Origin: Gammaproteobacteria bacterium
GTDB taxonomy: Bacteria; Pseudomonadota; Gammaproteobacteria; QZLD01
Reading direction: 5' to 3'
Assembly: GCA_004796365.1 (NCBI GenBank)
Contig: QZLE01000154.1
Span: 4,493 to 68,492 of the forward strand
Length of the DNA stretch: 64,000 nt
Shown here: positions 41,861 to 52,000 of the stretch, in pieces
How the letters are laid out: every line of letters starts with the position of its first letter
Position numbering within the stretch: position 1 is the stretch's first letter
Notes under the pieces: model-generated
Database searches by the model: none
Seen by the model: the letters and a program-made list of their open reading frames with translations, nothing else
What the model was told of the DNA's origin: nothing
Made by a program: the position numbers and the translations under genes

Positions 41861-43468
41861 TTATGTTTTTTCTCGGGTGCACAGTTCCAGGAGCTCATTT
41901 GCCAAAGGCATGGCCGCATCTTTTTTATCAATCTTCAGCTGTTTTTCAAGGGCAGCTGCAATTGTACCAATCTTCGGGAAACCAAAACTGCCAGCTGTTC
42001 CTTTAAGTTTGTGTGCCAGTGATTGCATCTCTTTCCAATTATTTGTGTTCTTTGCATCCTCAAGCCTGGTTGCATAATACTTGAGTTTATCTGCAAACGA
42101 TTCGCTTAGCTGCTGAAATTCAGGGTCATCTATCAATGCCTTTTCAATATCGGATATCGATTCGGTCTGTTTTTGCTCTGGAGCAAGGCGTAGGCTATTG
42201 GAAAGCAGATCAAAAAATTCCTTACGATTAATAGGCTTACATATTACATCGTCAAACCCTATTTGCAGCAGATGATCCATGTCCTTCTTTTCATTATTGG
42301 CCGTAACTGCAACAATTGGATAACTGACTCCTACCTCTCTCATCTTCGAAGCAGCCTCTATTCCATTCACAACCGGCATTTGTACATCAAGCAGAATCAG
42401 GTCAAAATGATTTGCAATTGCTTTCTCAATTGCCTCTTGGCCATTGATGACATAAGTTGCATCAGCCCCGGTCTGCGAAAGCATCAATTCCAGTAGCTTT
42501 TGGTTATCAGGATTGTCTTCAGCAATAAGAATGCTACCATCAAGTTGAGGCGGCAATGTATCGTGGCTGATAAAAGAAGTGCGGCGCAGCTCAAATTCAC
42601 TCCAGATAAATTGGCTTTCTTCGATATGCCCGGGGTTAACTTCAACCGTAAAGGTACTTCCTTCGCCAGGGGTGCTCTCAACCTTTATCTCATTTCCTAA
42701 GAGCATTGCAATTTGATTAGAAATAAATAAACCCAGGCCGGTTCCACCGTATTTTTTCGAAATAGAGCTGTCGGCCTGCTCAAAAGGGCGGAAGATTCGG
42801 GAAAGGTGATTGCTATCAATGCCAATTCCGTTATCGGTAATAGTAAACTCAATTCTGTGCTTGTCGCGACGATAACAAACCCGCAATTCAATATCGCCAC
42901 CTTTGGTAAACTTTATCGCATTACTGCAAAGATTAACCAAAATCTGTTTGAGCTTGGTTCTATCGCTAATTATTGTAGTTGGAAGGGGGTAAGTGCACGT
43001 CAGTGAGAAATTATTGCCAGCAGATTTAGCTTGCTGCAGCATTATATCTTCAATATCAAACAATAGATCGTGTAAAGAAAAGGTCGAAAGGTCAATGGAG
43101 AACCTTTCTGTCTCAATCTTACTCAGATCCATAATTCCATTAAGAACATTCAGCAGGTAATAACCATTGGTAGCAATTGTCTTAATTCTTTCTATGATAT
43201 GATTGTTGTTATGGCCAGCAACAATATCCTCAGCAAAACCAATAATAGCGGTCAAAGGGGTCTTTAATTCATGTGCCAGATTGGCATAAAGCAGATTATG
43301 ACCAGAGCGCGCCTCATCCAGTTCAGACTTAAGCTTAGAATTTTCAAATTCCAGCTCCCTGATCTTATTTTCAAGTTCATCTTTGGTCATAGGTATTAGT
43401 TTCACAGTCCATGCACCTAACCAATTATAATCCAAAACCAAGCATAATGTTTTTAGAAAAGCAGTCAA
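41861..43468 (-). CDS. cytoplasmic hybrid sensor histidine kinase (coiled-coil-HisKA-HATPase-REC-HPt)
   Basis: H-box LAHELKTPL; HATPase G-boxes; REC domain (ILIAEDNPDNQ...LDVQMP); HPt domain (HKLKGTAGSFGF). No transmembrane segment or sensor domain. Confidence 0.85.
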   Translation of the reverse strand: MTAFLKTLCLVLDYNWLGAWTVKLIPMTKDELENKIRELEFENSKLKSELDEARSGHNLLYANLAHELKTPLTAIIGFAEDIVAGHNNNHIIERIKTIATNGYYLLNVLNGIMDLSKIETERFSIDLSTFSLHDLLFDIEDIMLQQAKSAGNNFSLTCTYPLPTTIISDRTKLKQILVNLCSNAIKFTKGGDIELRVCYRRDKHRIEFTITDNGIGIDSNHLSRIFRPFEQADSSISKKYGGTGLGLFISNQIAMLLGNEIKVESTPGEGSTFTVEVNPGHIEESQFIWSEFELRRTSFISHDTLPPQLDGSILIAEDNPDNQKLLELMLSQTGADATYVINGQEAIEKAIANHFDLILLDVQMPVVNGIEAASKMREVGVSYPIVAVTANNEKKDMDHLLQIGFDDVICKPINRKEFFDLLSNSLRLAPEQKQTESISDIEKALIDDPEFQQLSESFADKLKYYATRLEDAKNTNNWKEMQSLAHKLKGTAGSFGFPKIGTIAAALEKQLKIDKKDAAMPLANELLELCTREKT

Positions 43469-43611
43469 ACTATGCTAATTTTCGATAAATCGCCAACATA
43501 AATGACTGTGGACCCACAAATTTTTAACAAATTAGTAATTTTTTTACAAAAAAGTTAATTTTTCACTTGTAAATTAACTCTAAAATCTGGAAAATACGCT
43601 TCTCAAATCGC

Positions 43612-43699
43612 GGAGAGGTGGCTGAGTGGTCGAAAGCGGCGGTCTTGAAAACCGTTGAAGGGTGACCTTCCGGGGGTTCGAATCCCTCCCTCTCCGCCA
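43612..43699 (+). tRNA. tRNA-Ser (anticodon UGA)
   Basis: 88 nt. Acceptor GGAGAGG/CCTCTCC, anticodon loop CTTGAAA, long variable arm, T-loop GTTCGAATCC, and an encoded CCA. Confidence 0.9.
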
Positions 43700-43890
43700 C
43701 TTTCTTGTCTTTATTCCCAAATCCCTTATACACTCGAATACGTACTAATTGTCAGGTATTTTTACACTTTTGACATTCTTATTTTGCCATAAAATTGTAA
43801 CATACTGAAAAACAACCTTAAAAACCAGGTGGTATGCTTATTGCATTAATATCGCCTAATATTATGTTAATGTAAATTATGGAGATGAAT

Positions 43891-44481
43891 ATGAAAAATA
43901 AGGGGCTTAAGTCGATCATTGCTGCACTAGCTATATCGCTTATTGCAAGTGTTGCTCAGGCTGGCGTTATAACATATACAGATGAGTTTCCTTCTGAAGA
44001 TTCAACTGTTATTGGCTCTAATGGTTATATTAACGCTGAGCGTGGTTATGGCTATTTTTGGTCGCAGTCTCGCGGCGATATGGTTGCAGAGACATTTGCT
44101 GATACTGGAGTTGCTGCTCTAAACCAGCTTGATATTGATCTGAATATTGCATTTAGCAGTTTGCGTACCGATATTTATTGGGACGTTTTTGTAAATGACG
44201 TGCTTGTTGGTAACTGGTCTTGGGCTGCATATGCTGGTGCTGGTGTTATTGATCTGTCATTCACATTTGACGATATCATTGGTAACGGTGTTTACGAAGT
44301 TGCTATGTACGTAACCAACAACGTTTATGGTGGTGGCGGTTCTATGACCCTTGGTTTGGGAACAGAGATTGCTCTTACAGGTACAGATGTCATTGGTGGC
44401 GAAGTTCCTGAGCCTGCTGCTTTAGCTCTTCTTGGTTTTGGTCTTATCGGTCTAGGTGGTTTTACCAGAAGAAGAAAGTAA
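43891..44481 (+). CDS. PEP-CTERM sorting-domain secreted protein
   Basis: Signal peptide; C-terminus VPEPAALALLGFGLIGLGGFTRRRK (PEP motif, transmembrane helix, basic tail). ATG at 43891, 7 nt after a GGAG RBS. Confidence 0.8.
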   Translation: MKNKGLKSIIAALAISLIASVAQAGVITYTDEFPSEDSTVIGSNGYINAERGYGYFWSQSRGDMVAETFADTGVAALNQLDIDLNIAFSSLRTDIYWDVFVNDVLVGNWSWAAYAGAGVIDLSFTFDDIIGNGVYEVAMYVTNNVYGGGGSMTLGLGTEIALTGTDVIGGEVPEPAALALLGFGLIGLGGFTRRRK

Positions 44482-44505
44482 GATATTACTTAGATTTGTC
44501 TTTAA

Positions 44506-44539
44506 AAGCCCTGGGTGTGAAAATACCCGGGGTTTTTTT
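44506..44539 (+). terminator. rho-independent terminator
   Basis: GC-rich imperfect hairpin (ccctgggtgtgaaaatacccgggg) followed by T7. Confidence 0.6.
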
Positions 44540-44540
44540 G

Positions 44541-45479
44541 TCATTCCTGCACTTCGTCAGTGCTTTCTGCAAAATCATATGGCGTAACCAAAACCACAAT
44601 TCCAACTGCTGGGTTGTCAAGATAGTGCAGTTCTCTACTGCGCATTCTGCGGCGTGATTTCACTGGGATAGCGGTGGCATTTATCTGTTTGCCAAATGAG
44701 TATGATTCTTCCTCATCTGCGTAGATATCTTCGTTATCTTCGTGGTAGTAGATAAGATCGGTTAGGATGTGCAGATAACGTTCGCGATAGATAGTTACAC
44801 AGCCATTTAATTTTGTTGTGGCAATAACCTGTTGTTGTGGTTGATTCAAGGGTTGTTCTGAGTCAGCTATTTCAATATCAATAATCTGTTGGTTATCAGT
44901 AAGAGGTGTTACGATAGCGTTTTGAGTATATGAGTTAGTGTTTGCTGTGTTTTGCTTAAATTCTTTTGGTGTAGTTGTTGTATAGAGTTTAGCGCTGGTC
45001 TGATTTCCTGAAGCAACAGAATCTTCTTTTACTGGTATAGACCACATTGACTCTTCTTGGCCCTCTTCGTGTTTTAGCGGCTTTGCCAGTAGCAGAGGCC
45101 CAGCAGTGATACGAATTGGTGCTGAATTATTCTGGTCAAAACCCGGTTGACGCCAGCCGGTATGTGCCATTAGCCTTTGCCCTTTTGATCTGGCTATTGC
45201 TGCAGCTTCATTTATTAATCTGAGTTCTGATTTAGGGATTGTGGAATAGGGGATGAGCTGGCCCAATTCATCTGTGTTAGTGCCGGTATGAAGATTTATG
45301 CATGCGCCAGTGTCTGGCTGGATAAGTTCCGGCTTCCAGGTTTCGCTGTCGATTCCTGTGCTGGATAGCTGACGGTAGAAGATTAGTTCTACCTCATACC
45401 ATTGAATATCTGTTTCAGCATGTGCGCTTGTGATAATGAGGAATGAAAGCGCTATTGCAGTTGAAGTCTTATTAAGCAT
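44541..45479 (-). CDS. CsiV-like periplasmic protein
   Basis: Signal peptide, WYEVELIFY-type N-terminus, and a position immediately downstream of mfd (8-nt overlap) as for csiV in Vibrio. Family assignment is from memory. Confidence 0.45.
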   Translation of the reverse strand: MLNKTSTAIALSFLIITSAHAETDIQWYEVELIFYRQLSSTGIDSETWKPELIQPDTGACINLHTGTNTDELGQLIPYSTIPKSELRLINEAAAIARSKGQRLMAHTGWRQPGFDQNNSAPIRITAGPLLLAKPLKHEEGQEESMWSIPVKEDSVASGNQTSAKLYTTTTPKEFKQNTANTNSYTQNAIVTPLTDNQQIIDIEIADSEQPLNQPQQQVIATTKLNGCVTIYRERYLHILTDLIYYHEDNEDIYADEEESYSFGKQINATAIPVKSRRRMRSRELHYLDNPAVGIVVLVTPYDFAESTDEVQE

Positions 45480-48400
45480 TATTTAATCCATTTATCAGGT
45501 CGGTTACAGCCTTGTACCTTTCTTCGTTGCATTTAAGGTCGCGTTTGACCTTAAGTTTGTTTTCACCTTCTAGTTTATATCTATCAGGCTGAAATTGTAT
45601 CAGTTTGATAATTTTAACCGGATCAACGCTGGTGTCGTTGTCAAAGATCACTATACCACCAGCTGGACCAAAGTCTATTTTTGAGATTCCCATTTCTTCG
45701 GCGGTCAGGCGCAGTTGTGCTAAGTCGAATAGCTTTTTGGTGTGTTCCGGTAGCAGGCCAAAGCGGTCTATCATTTCAATCTGCAGATCTTTTATTTGTT
45801 CGGAATCAGATACGCTGGCGATGCGTTTGTAGAGTACCAGGCGCATATGTACGTCTGGAATATAGTCTTCGGGGATGATTGCCGGAATGCGTAGGTCGAT
45901 TTCGGTACCAGATACCTTTGAGGCATCCATGTCTGGAATCTTACCTGCCTTGAGTGCATCAATAGCGCGCTGTAACAAGTCGGTATACAGGGTAAAACCG
46001 ATCTCCTGAATTTGCCCGCTCTGTTCGTCACCTAACAGTTCACCGGCACCACGAATCTCTAAGTCGTGGTTGGCTAGCATAAGTCCAGAACCAAGGTCTT
46101 CCAACGATTCTATTGCCTCTAGGCGCTTTACCGCGTCACTGGTCATCACTCCTTTTGGAGGGGTAATCATATAGGCGTAGGCGCGGTGGTGTGAGCGGCC
46201 AACACGGCCGCGCAGTTGGTGCAGTTGTGCCAGACCAAGTTTGTCAGCGCGGTTGATGATGATGGTATTGGCGGTGGGGACGTCGATTCCGCTTTCGATA
46301 ATGGTGCTACACACCAATAAGTTGAAACGTTGATGGTAGAAGTCGAGCATAACCTGTTCCAGCTCGCTTTCACGCATCTGGCCGTGGGCAAAGCGCACTG
46401 TTGCTTCGGGAATCAACTCCTGAAGATCAGCGGAGATCTTTTCCATGGTCTTTACATCGTTGTGCAGGAAGTATACTTGCCCGCCACGCTTGAGTTCACG
46501 TAGGCACGCCTCCTGAAACAGGGCGTTGTTCCATTCGGATACAAAGGTCTTTATCGCCATCCGTTTTGCCGGAGGTGTGGCGATAATTGATAGATCACGC
46601 AGGCCGGACATCGCCATATTTAGGGTTCTTGGAATAGGTGTTGCGGTAAGTGTGAGGATATCGACCTCGCTGCGTAGCTTTTTAAATTGTTCCTTTTGGC
46701 GAACACCAAAGCGATGTTCTTCATCGATAATGACAAGCCCTAGGTTTTCAAATTTAATGTCATCCTGAATAAGTTTATGAGTGCCGATAATGATGTCAAT
46801 CTTGCCTTCTTTCAGGTCAGCAAGGATTGTGTCTTGCTGCTTTTTGGTATTGAATCGCGATAGACATTCGATCTTAACCGGCCAATCGGCAAAGCGGTCG
46901 CAGAAATTCTGATAATGCTGGGTTGCCAGCAGGGTGGTTGGAACCAGTAGAGCTACCTGGCGATTATTGTGGACACCGATAAAGGCAGCGCGCATAGCAA
47001 CTTCAGTTTTACCGAAGCCAACGTCACCACATACCACACGATCCATAGGTGTTGCTGCCTGCATATCGGTTAATACCGCATCTATGGCTGTTTCTTGGTC
47101 CGGTGTTTCTTCAAACGGGAATGATTCGGCAAATAGAGAGTATTCCATAGTCTCAAAACTGTAGGAATGTCCCTGCTTTGTTGCGCGCTGGGCATATACC
47201 TCTAGAAGTTCGGCGGCCACGTCTCTAATCCTTTCTGATGCGCGCTTTTTCGCCTTTTCCCACTGGTCAGTGCCCAGGCGGTGCAATGGTGCCTTTTCTT
47301 CAACCGAACCGTTATATCGGCTGATAAGGTGCAGTGATGCGACTGGTACATATAGCTTGTCGCTGTTGGCATATTCAAGGGTTAAAAACTCTGTTGTTGT
47401 GCCGTTGACATCAAGTGTTTGCAAACCAATGTAGCGCCCGACTCCGTGGTCAATATGTACCACCGGTGTGCCTTCTGTCAAATCGGTAAGGTTATTGATT
47501 CTGGATTCATTGTCTTTATAGCTATGTTTGCGGCGTCGTTTTTGGGCGGCGCGCTCAGCAAGCAATTGTGATTCGGCAATCAGCGCAATATTAGGTTTGG
47601 TGTGCACAAAGCCTTCATCGATATCACCAACGGTAATAGCTAGTTTTTTATCGTGCTTCAGGAATGCTGCCCAGTTTTCGGTTTTTTTTGGGTAGATCTT
47701 ATTGGCTTTTAGGAGTTCAATTAACGACTCTCTGCGGCCGATCGTTTCCGCGCAGATAAGAATTTTGCCATCAAAACTGTCGATAAAGCTTTGTAGCTGC
47801 GCTGTTGGTTTTTCCAGTCGTGCCTGAACTTTTAATGCCGGAGGGGCAGTGGTAGCATAGTTATTGATGCTTGTAGTTACCTTTTCGGTTTCAAAACTGT
47901 TTAAAGTTAGAAGCGAAAAATTCTGTAGGTTGGTTTTTATATCGTTACTGGAGATAAACAATTCATCCGGTATCAGGATTGGATTTTCGATGTCATGTCT
48001 TAGCTGTTCATGACGATGATTGATTTGTTCCCAATAATGATCGATTGCACCGGGAGTATCTTCAAATGAAATTACTGATGTGTCTTGTGGTAGGTAGTCA
48101 AATATTGTCGCAACCTTGTCATGAAACAGCGGCATGTAGTATTCAATACCATTTGGCGCTAGACCATTGCTGATATCTCGGTAAATTGTGCAACGCTGAG
48201 GGTCGCCTTCAAATCTAGCGCGAAACTCCTGGCGGAATTTTTTTATTGCATTTTCATTGAATGGAAATTCACGTGCCGGCAGTAGGCTGATGTCTTCAAC
48301 TTTTTCAATCGTGAGCTGGGTTTCTGGGTCGAATGTACGGATAGTTTCCACTTCATCATCGAACAAATCTATGCGGAAAGGCAGGTGGCTGCCCATGGGG

Positions 48401-48945
48401 AAGATGTCAATAATGGAGCCACGCACTGCAAATTCGCCGTGCTCGATAACTTCCGGTACGCAAATATAGCCGCTTTGTTCCATATTGCTTCTGATCTGGC
48501 CGATATTTAGTGTATCACCAAGTTTAACTATCAGACTATGGTTGCTGACATAGTCGGTTGGTGGTAACTTTTGAATTAGGGTTGGAGCTGGGATAATTAT
48601 CGTTGCGCAACTGCTTTTTTTTAGGACGTATGTTTTAAGACGATAAAGAGTTGCAAGGCGCTGAGAAATTATATCCTGGTGCGGTGAGAATTTGTCGTAT
48701 GGTAAGGTTTCCCAGTCTGGGAAGATATCTACGCACTCTTCATTGTTATTGAAGAATTCGATCTGGGTCTTGAGCCTGTATGCAGATGTAGTATCCGGAG
48801 TTATTATTAGTAGCAGTTGTTTGGATTTTTGTTCGCGTAGCGATTTGATCAGTAGGGCAGGGCTGCTGCCGTAAAGTCTGTGAGCTGTGGCGTTGGCTTG
48901 GTTTTGTGGAGCAGTTGGCTCGAACAGGGATAGATAATCAGGCAT
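45472..48945 (-). CDS. mfd: transcription-repair coupling factor Mfd
   Basis: 1157 aa; DEAD-like helicase motifs (GDVGFGKTEVA, DEEHRFG) and TRCF domain order. Confidence 0.95.
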   Translation of the reverse strand: MPDYLSLFEPTAPQNQANATAHRLYGSSPALLIKSLREQKSKQLLLIITPDTTSAYRLKTQIEFFNNNEECVDIFPDWETLPYDKFSPHQDIISQRLATLYRLKTYVLKKSSCATIIIPAPTLIQKLPPTDYVSNHSLIVKLGDTLNIGQIRSNMEQSGYICVPEVIEHGEFAVRGSIIDIFPMGSHLPFRIDLFDDEVETIRTFDPETQLTIEKVEDISLLPAREFPFNENAIKKFRQEFRARFEGDPQRCTIYRDISNGLAPNGIEYYMPLFHDKVATIFDYLPQDTSVISFEDTPGAIDHYWEQINHRHEQLRHDIENPILIPDELFISSNDIKTNLQNFSLLTLNSFETEKVTTSINNYATTAPPALKVQARLEKPTAQLQSFIDSFDGKILICAETIGRRESLIELLKANKIYPKKTENWAAFLKHDKKLAITVGDIDEGFVHTKPNIALIAESQLLAERAAQKRRRKHSYKDNESRINNLTDLTEGTPVVHIDHGVGRYIGLQTLDVNGTTTEFLTLEYANSDKLYVPVASLHLISRYNGSVEEKAPLHRLGTDQWEKAKKRASERIRDVAAELLEVYAQRATKQGHSYSFETMEYSLFAESFPFEETPDQETAIDAVLTDMQAATPMDRVVCGDVGFGKTEVAMRAAFIGVHNNRQVALLVPTTLLATQHYQNFCDRFADWPVKIECLSRFNTKKQQDTILADLKEGKIDIIIGTHKLIQDDIKFENLGLVIIDEEHRFGVRQKEQFKKLRSEVDILTLTATPIPRTLNMAMSGLRDLSIIATPPAKRMAIKTFVSEWNNALFQEACLRELKRGGQVYFLHNDVKTMEKISADLQELIPEATVRFAHGQMRESELEQVMLDFYHQRFNLLVCSTIIESGIDVPTANTIIINRADKLGLAQLHQLRGRVGRSHHRAYAYMITPPKGVMTSDAVKRLEAIESLEDLGSGLMLANHDLEIRGAGELLGDEQSGQIQEIGFTLYTDLLQRAIDALKAGKIPDMDASKVSGTEIDLRIPAIIPEDYIPDVHMRLVLYKRIASVSDSEQIKDLQIEMIDRFGLLPEHTKKLFDLAQLRLTAEEMGISKIDFGPAGGIVIFDNDTSVDPVKIIKLIQFQPDRYKLEGENKLKVKRDLKCNEERYKAVTDLINGLNNA

Positions 48946-49017
48946 TGGGGCTATATGTTAGTTTGTTGCGCTTGTTTAATGTGCGCATATTTTCCCATAT
49001 GTGGGGCTAAAATCAAA

Positions 49018-52000
49018 CTAAGATGGCTTAACCCCTTCGTTTAGCAGCTCTTCCAATTTTTTTCTTGGTACTGGCTTGCTGTAAAGAAACCCTTGAATAA
49101 AGTCGCAGCTGTTGTTCTTAAGGAAGTTAAGCTGCTCGTGAGTTTCCACACCTTCTGCTACAACCTGTAGTTGCAGCTTGTGCGCCATGGCAATAACAGC
49201 AGCGGTAATTGCCATGTCATTGCTGTCTTCCGGTATGTCACGCACAAATGATTTATCTACCTTAATAACATCAATCGGTAATTTCTTCAGATAACTTAGA
49301 GAGGAGTATCCGGTTCCAAAGTCGTCAATAGATATAGAAACACCAAACTGTTTCATCACGTGTAGTAGCTCAATTGTTTCGTCAATATCTTCCAGAAGCA
49401 TACTTTCCGTGATTTCCAGCTGCAGAAATTTAGCTGGCAGACCACTTTCGCTTAGAGCGCTTTCAATTATCTGCGGCAGGTTCGGATCCTGGAACTGGCG
49501 CACCGAAAGGTTGACTGCAACTTTGGGTTTAGATATTCCGGACTCGTGGATTTTGTTTATCTGTCTACACGCCTCTTTTATTATCATTTCTCCAAGTGGG
49601 ACGATAAGCCCGGTTTCTTCAGCTATATAGATGAACTGTTCTGGCGATATCAGCCCTTTTGATGGGTGATTCCAGCGCACTAGTGATTCAAATCCGGCAA
49701 TGGTTTGAGTGTTCATATTGATAATTGGCTGATAGTGGATTTCAAATTGTTGTTTTTCGATTGCCTGCCTTAGTTCGTTCTCCAAAAATAGTCGGCCTAG
49801 AGCCTCAATATTCATTTCACTGGTAAAGAATTGGTAGTTGTTTCTGCCAAGCTCTTTGGCGCGATACATAGCCAGGTCAGCATTTTTGATCATGGTTGTT
49901 GGGTCAGTGGTATCTGCCGGTGCAACGGTGATTCCGATACTAGTCGTTGAAATGATCTCCTGGTCGTTGATCAGCATCGGCTTTTCAAATTCCTGAATGA
50001 TCTTGCGTGCCATAGAACCAGCTGCTGAAGAGTTAGGGATATCAGTAAGCAAAATGGCAAATTCATCACCACCTAGTCGTGCTACGAAATCATCAGCAGA
50101 TACCGCTTCACGCAGCAGTTTTGCTGCGGATTTGAGCAGGACATCCCCTGCATCATGCCCCAGGGTATCATTGATACGTTTGAATTGGTCAAGGTCTAGA
50201 TAGAGAACCGCGATCTTTTTTTCTTCTTTTATACATTTTTCAATGTGCTGCTCAAGGCGTTCACGGAATAATCTGCGGTTTTCCAGTCCGGTAAGGGTGT
50301 CATAGTAGGAAAGCCTTTCGATCTCAAACTGAGTATTTTTCAATTCAGTAAGATCTTCACTAACAGTAACGTAGTGGGTTAGCTCACCTGCATCATCATG
50401 GATAGGTGAGATCGAAACCAGCTCCCAGTACTTTTCTCCGTTCTTTCTGGTGCTTTCAACTTCACCGTGCCATGACTTTCCTGAAGTTATTGTTTCTGAT
50501 AACTGATGGCTATTAGCAGGGGTAGATTCTGATTTGAATAGGTCTGCCTTATTGCCAAGGACTTCATCATAGGAATAACCGGTGATTTCGGTAAAGCGCT
50601 TATTTACATATTCAATGTCGCCTTCAATACTGGTTATCATTACTGAGCTTGCGCTTTGGTCGACTGCGCTGGATAGTTTTAGTAGCGACTGTTCATTTTG
50701 TTTGGTTTCGGTTATATCACTTCCAATGGTTACAAAACCGATCGGTTCTCCGCCTTTTTTCATCATGCCAATTCTATTGGACCACCATAGATTACCCCTT
50801 GGTGTTGGTAACGGTAAAATATAGGTATGCGGCCTGTCTGTTTCGCGAACCTTTTCCATGGTTTCCCGGAACCCTTCTCGGTGGTCTTCTGCAATATAAT
50901 TTAGTAGGTTGGTGCCGATTACCTGTTCTAAAGTAAAGCCATGACCTACACGGTTTGCAAAGATGATATTTCCCTCTAGGTCTAAAAGAGCAACATAGTC
51001 TGGCATATGAGCAATCAGGGAGCGCCATTTGATTTCTGAATCACGAAGGGCATTTTCTGCCTGAATTCTCTCCAGAACATGTCCGACGCTAGCAGCTGCT
51101 GCCCCTAAGATCTCTTTATCAAGATCATTTGCTGTGCTTGGAGTTTCAAAATAGCAGGTGATTGCCCCAAGCTTTTTATTTTTTACAGAATTTACCGGGC
51201 ATGACCATGCCGCACGCAGGTTAGCCTTTGATAATTTTTCGCGCCAGCTTAAATGGTGAGGGTGGATCAGAATATCCCCGGTGATATTAATTTTGTCTTC
51301 ATACAATGCGGTTGTAGTACACCCATGATGATCGCTTATTTTCAGGGACTGCATTGATCTGCAGAAAGACGGGTCGAGATTGGGAGCAGTCGATAACGAA
51401 ACACTGTCTTCTTTTGCGTCATAGGTATAAATTGCGGCACGAGATTGGGGAATAACACTTTCTATAGCATTGGTTATGATGGAAAAAATATCCTGCAGAG
51501 ATGCATCTTCAGAAATGGCCTCAAGTGCTTTTGCTTGAGCATCGGCAAGAATTTTCTGGTGGTGCTTTTCGGTAACATCCTTGGCGTTGACCACGATTCC
51601 CTGAACACCATGAATGTTGAGCATGTTCGTTGCGGTTGCTTCAAAATACAGGTAGGCACCATCTTTTTTTCTAAAGCGGAATTCAGGAATGCTTCTTTGG
51701 CTTCCTGTTGTCTCTGAAACGCCTTTGGATACACTAATAACTGCTTTTAAGTCATCTTTGTGGATAAAGTCGTGTGCGCACTTGCCAACCATTTCAGAAG
51801 CAATATAGCCACTGACCTTTTCTAATGAGGTGCTGATATATTGAAAATTGGCCTGGACATCAACAATTGATGTGAGGTCGCTGGCGTAAGCTGTAATTGC
51901 ATGTAGCTTTTCCTGGTCAATTGCGAATGCCCTGTTGCCATTGTTCTTGACAATGCGGGAGATATTGGCCAGGGCTCCGTCATAGCGACCATCAGCATCG

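Noticed and set aside
36313-43611. A prophage or integrative element was considered because of the phage-like hydrolase near tRNA-Ser.
   Set aside because: No integrase, transposase, capsid or terminase genes and no tRNA-derived direct repeat were seen. It was kept only as an accessory-segment finding.
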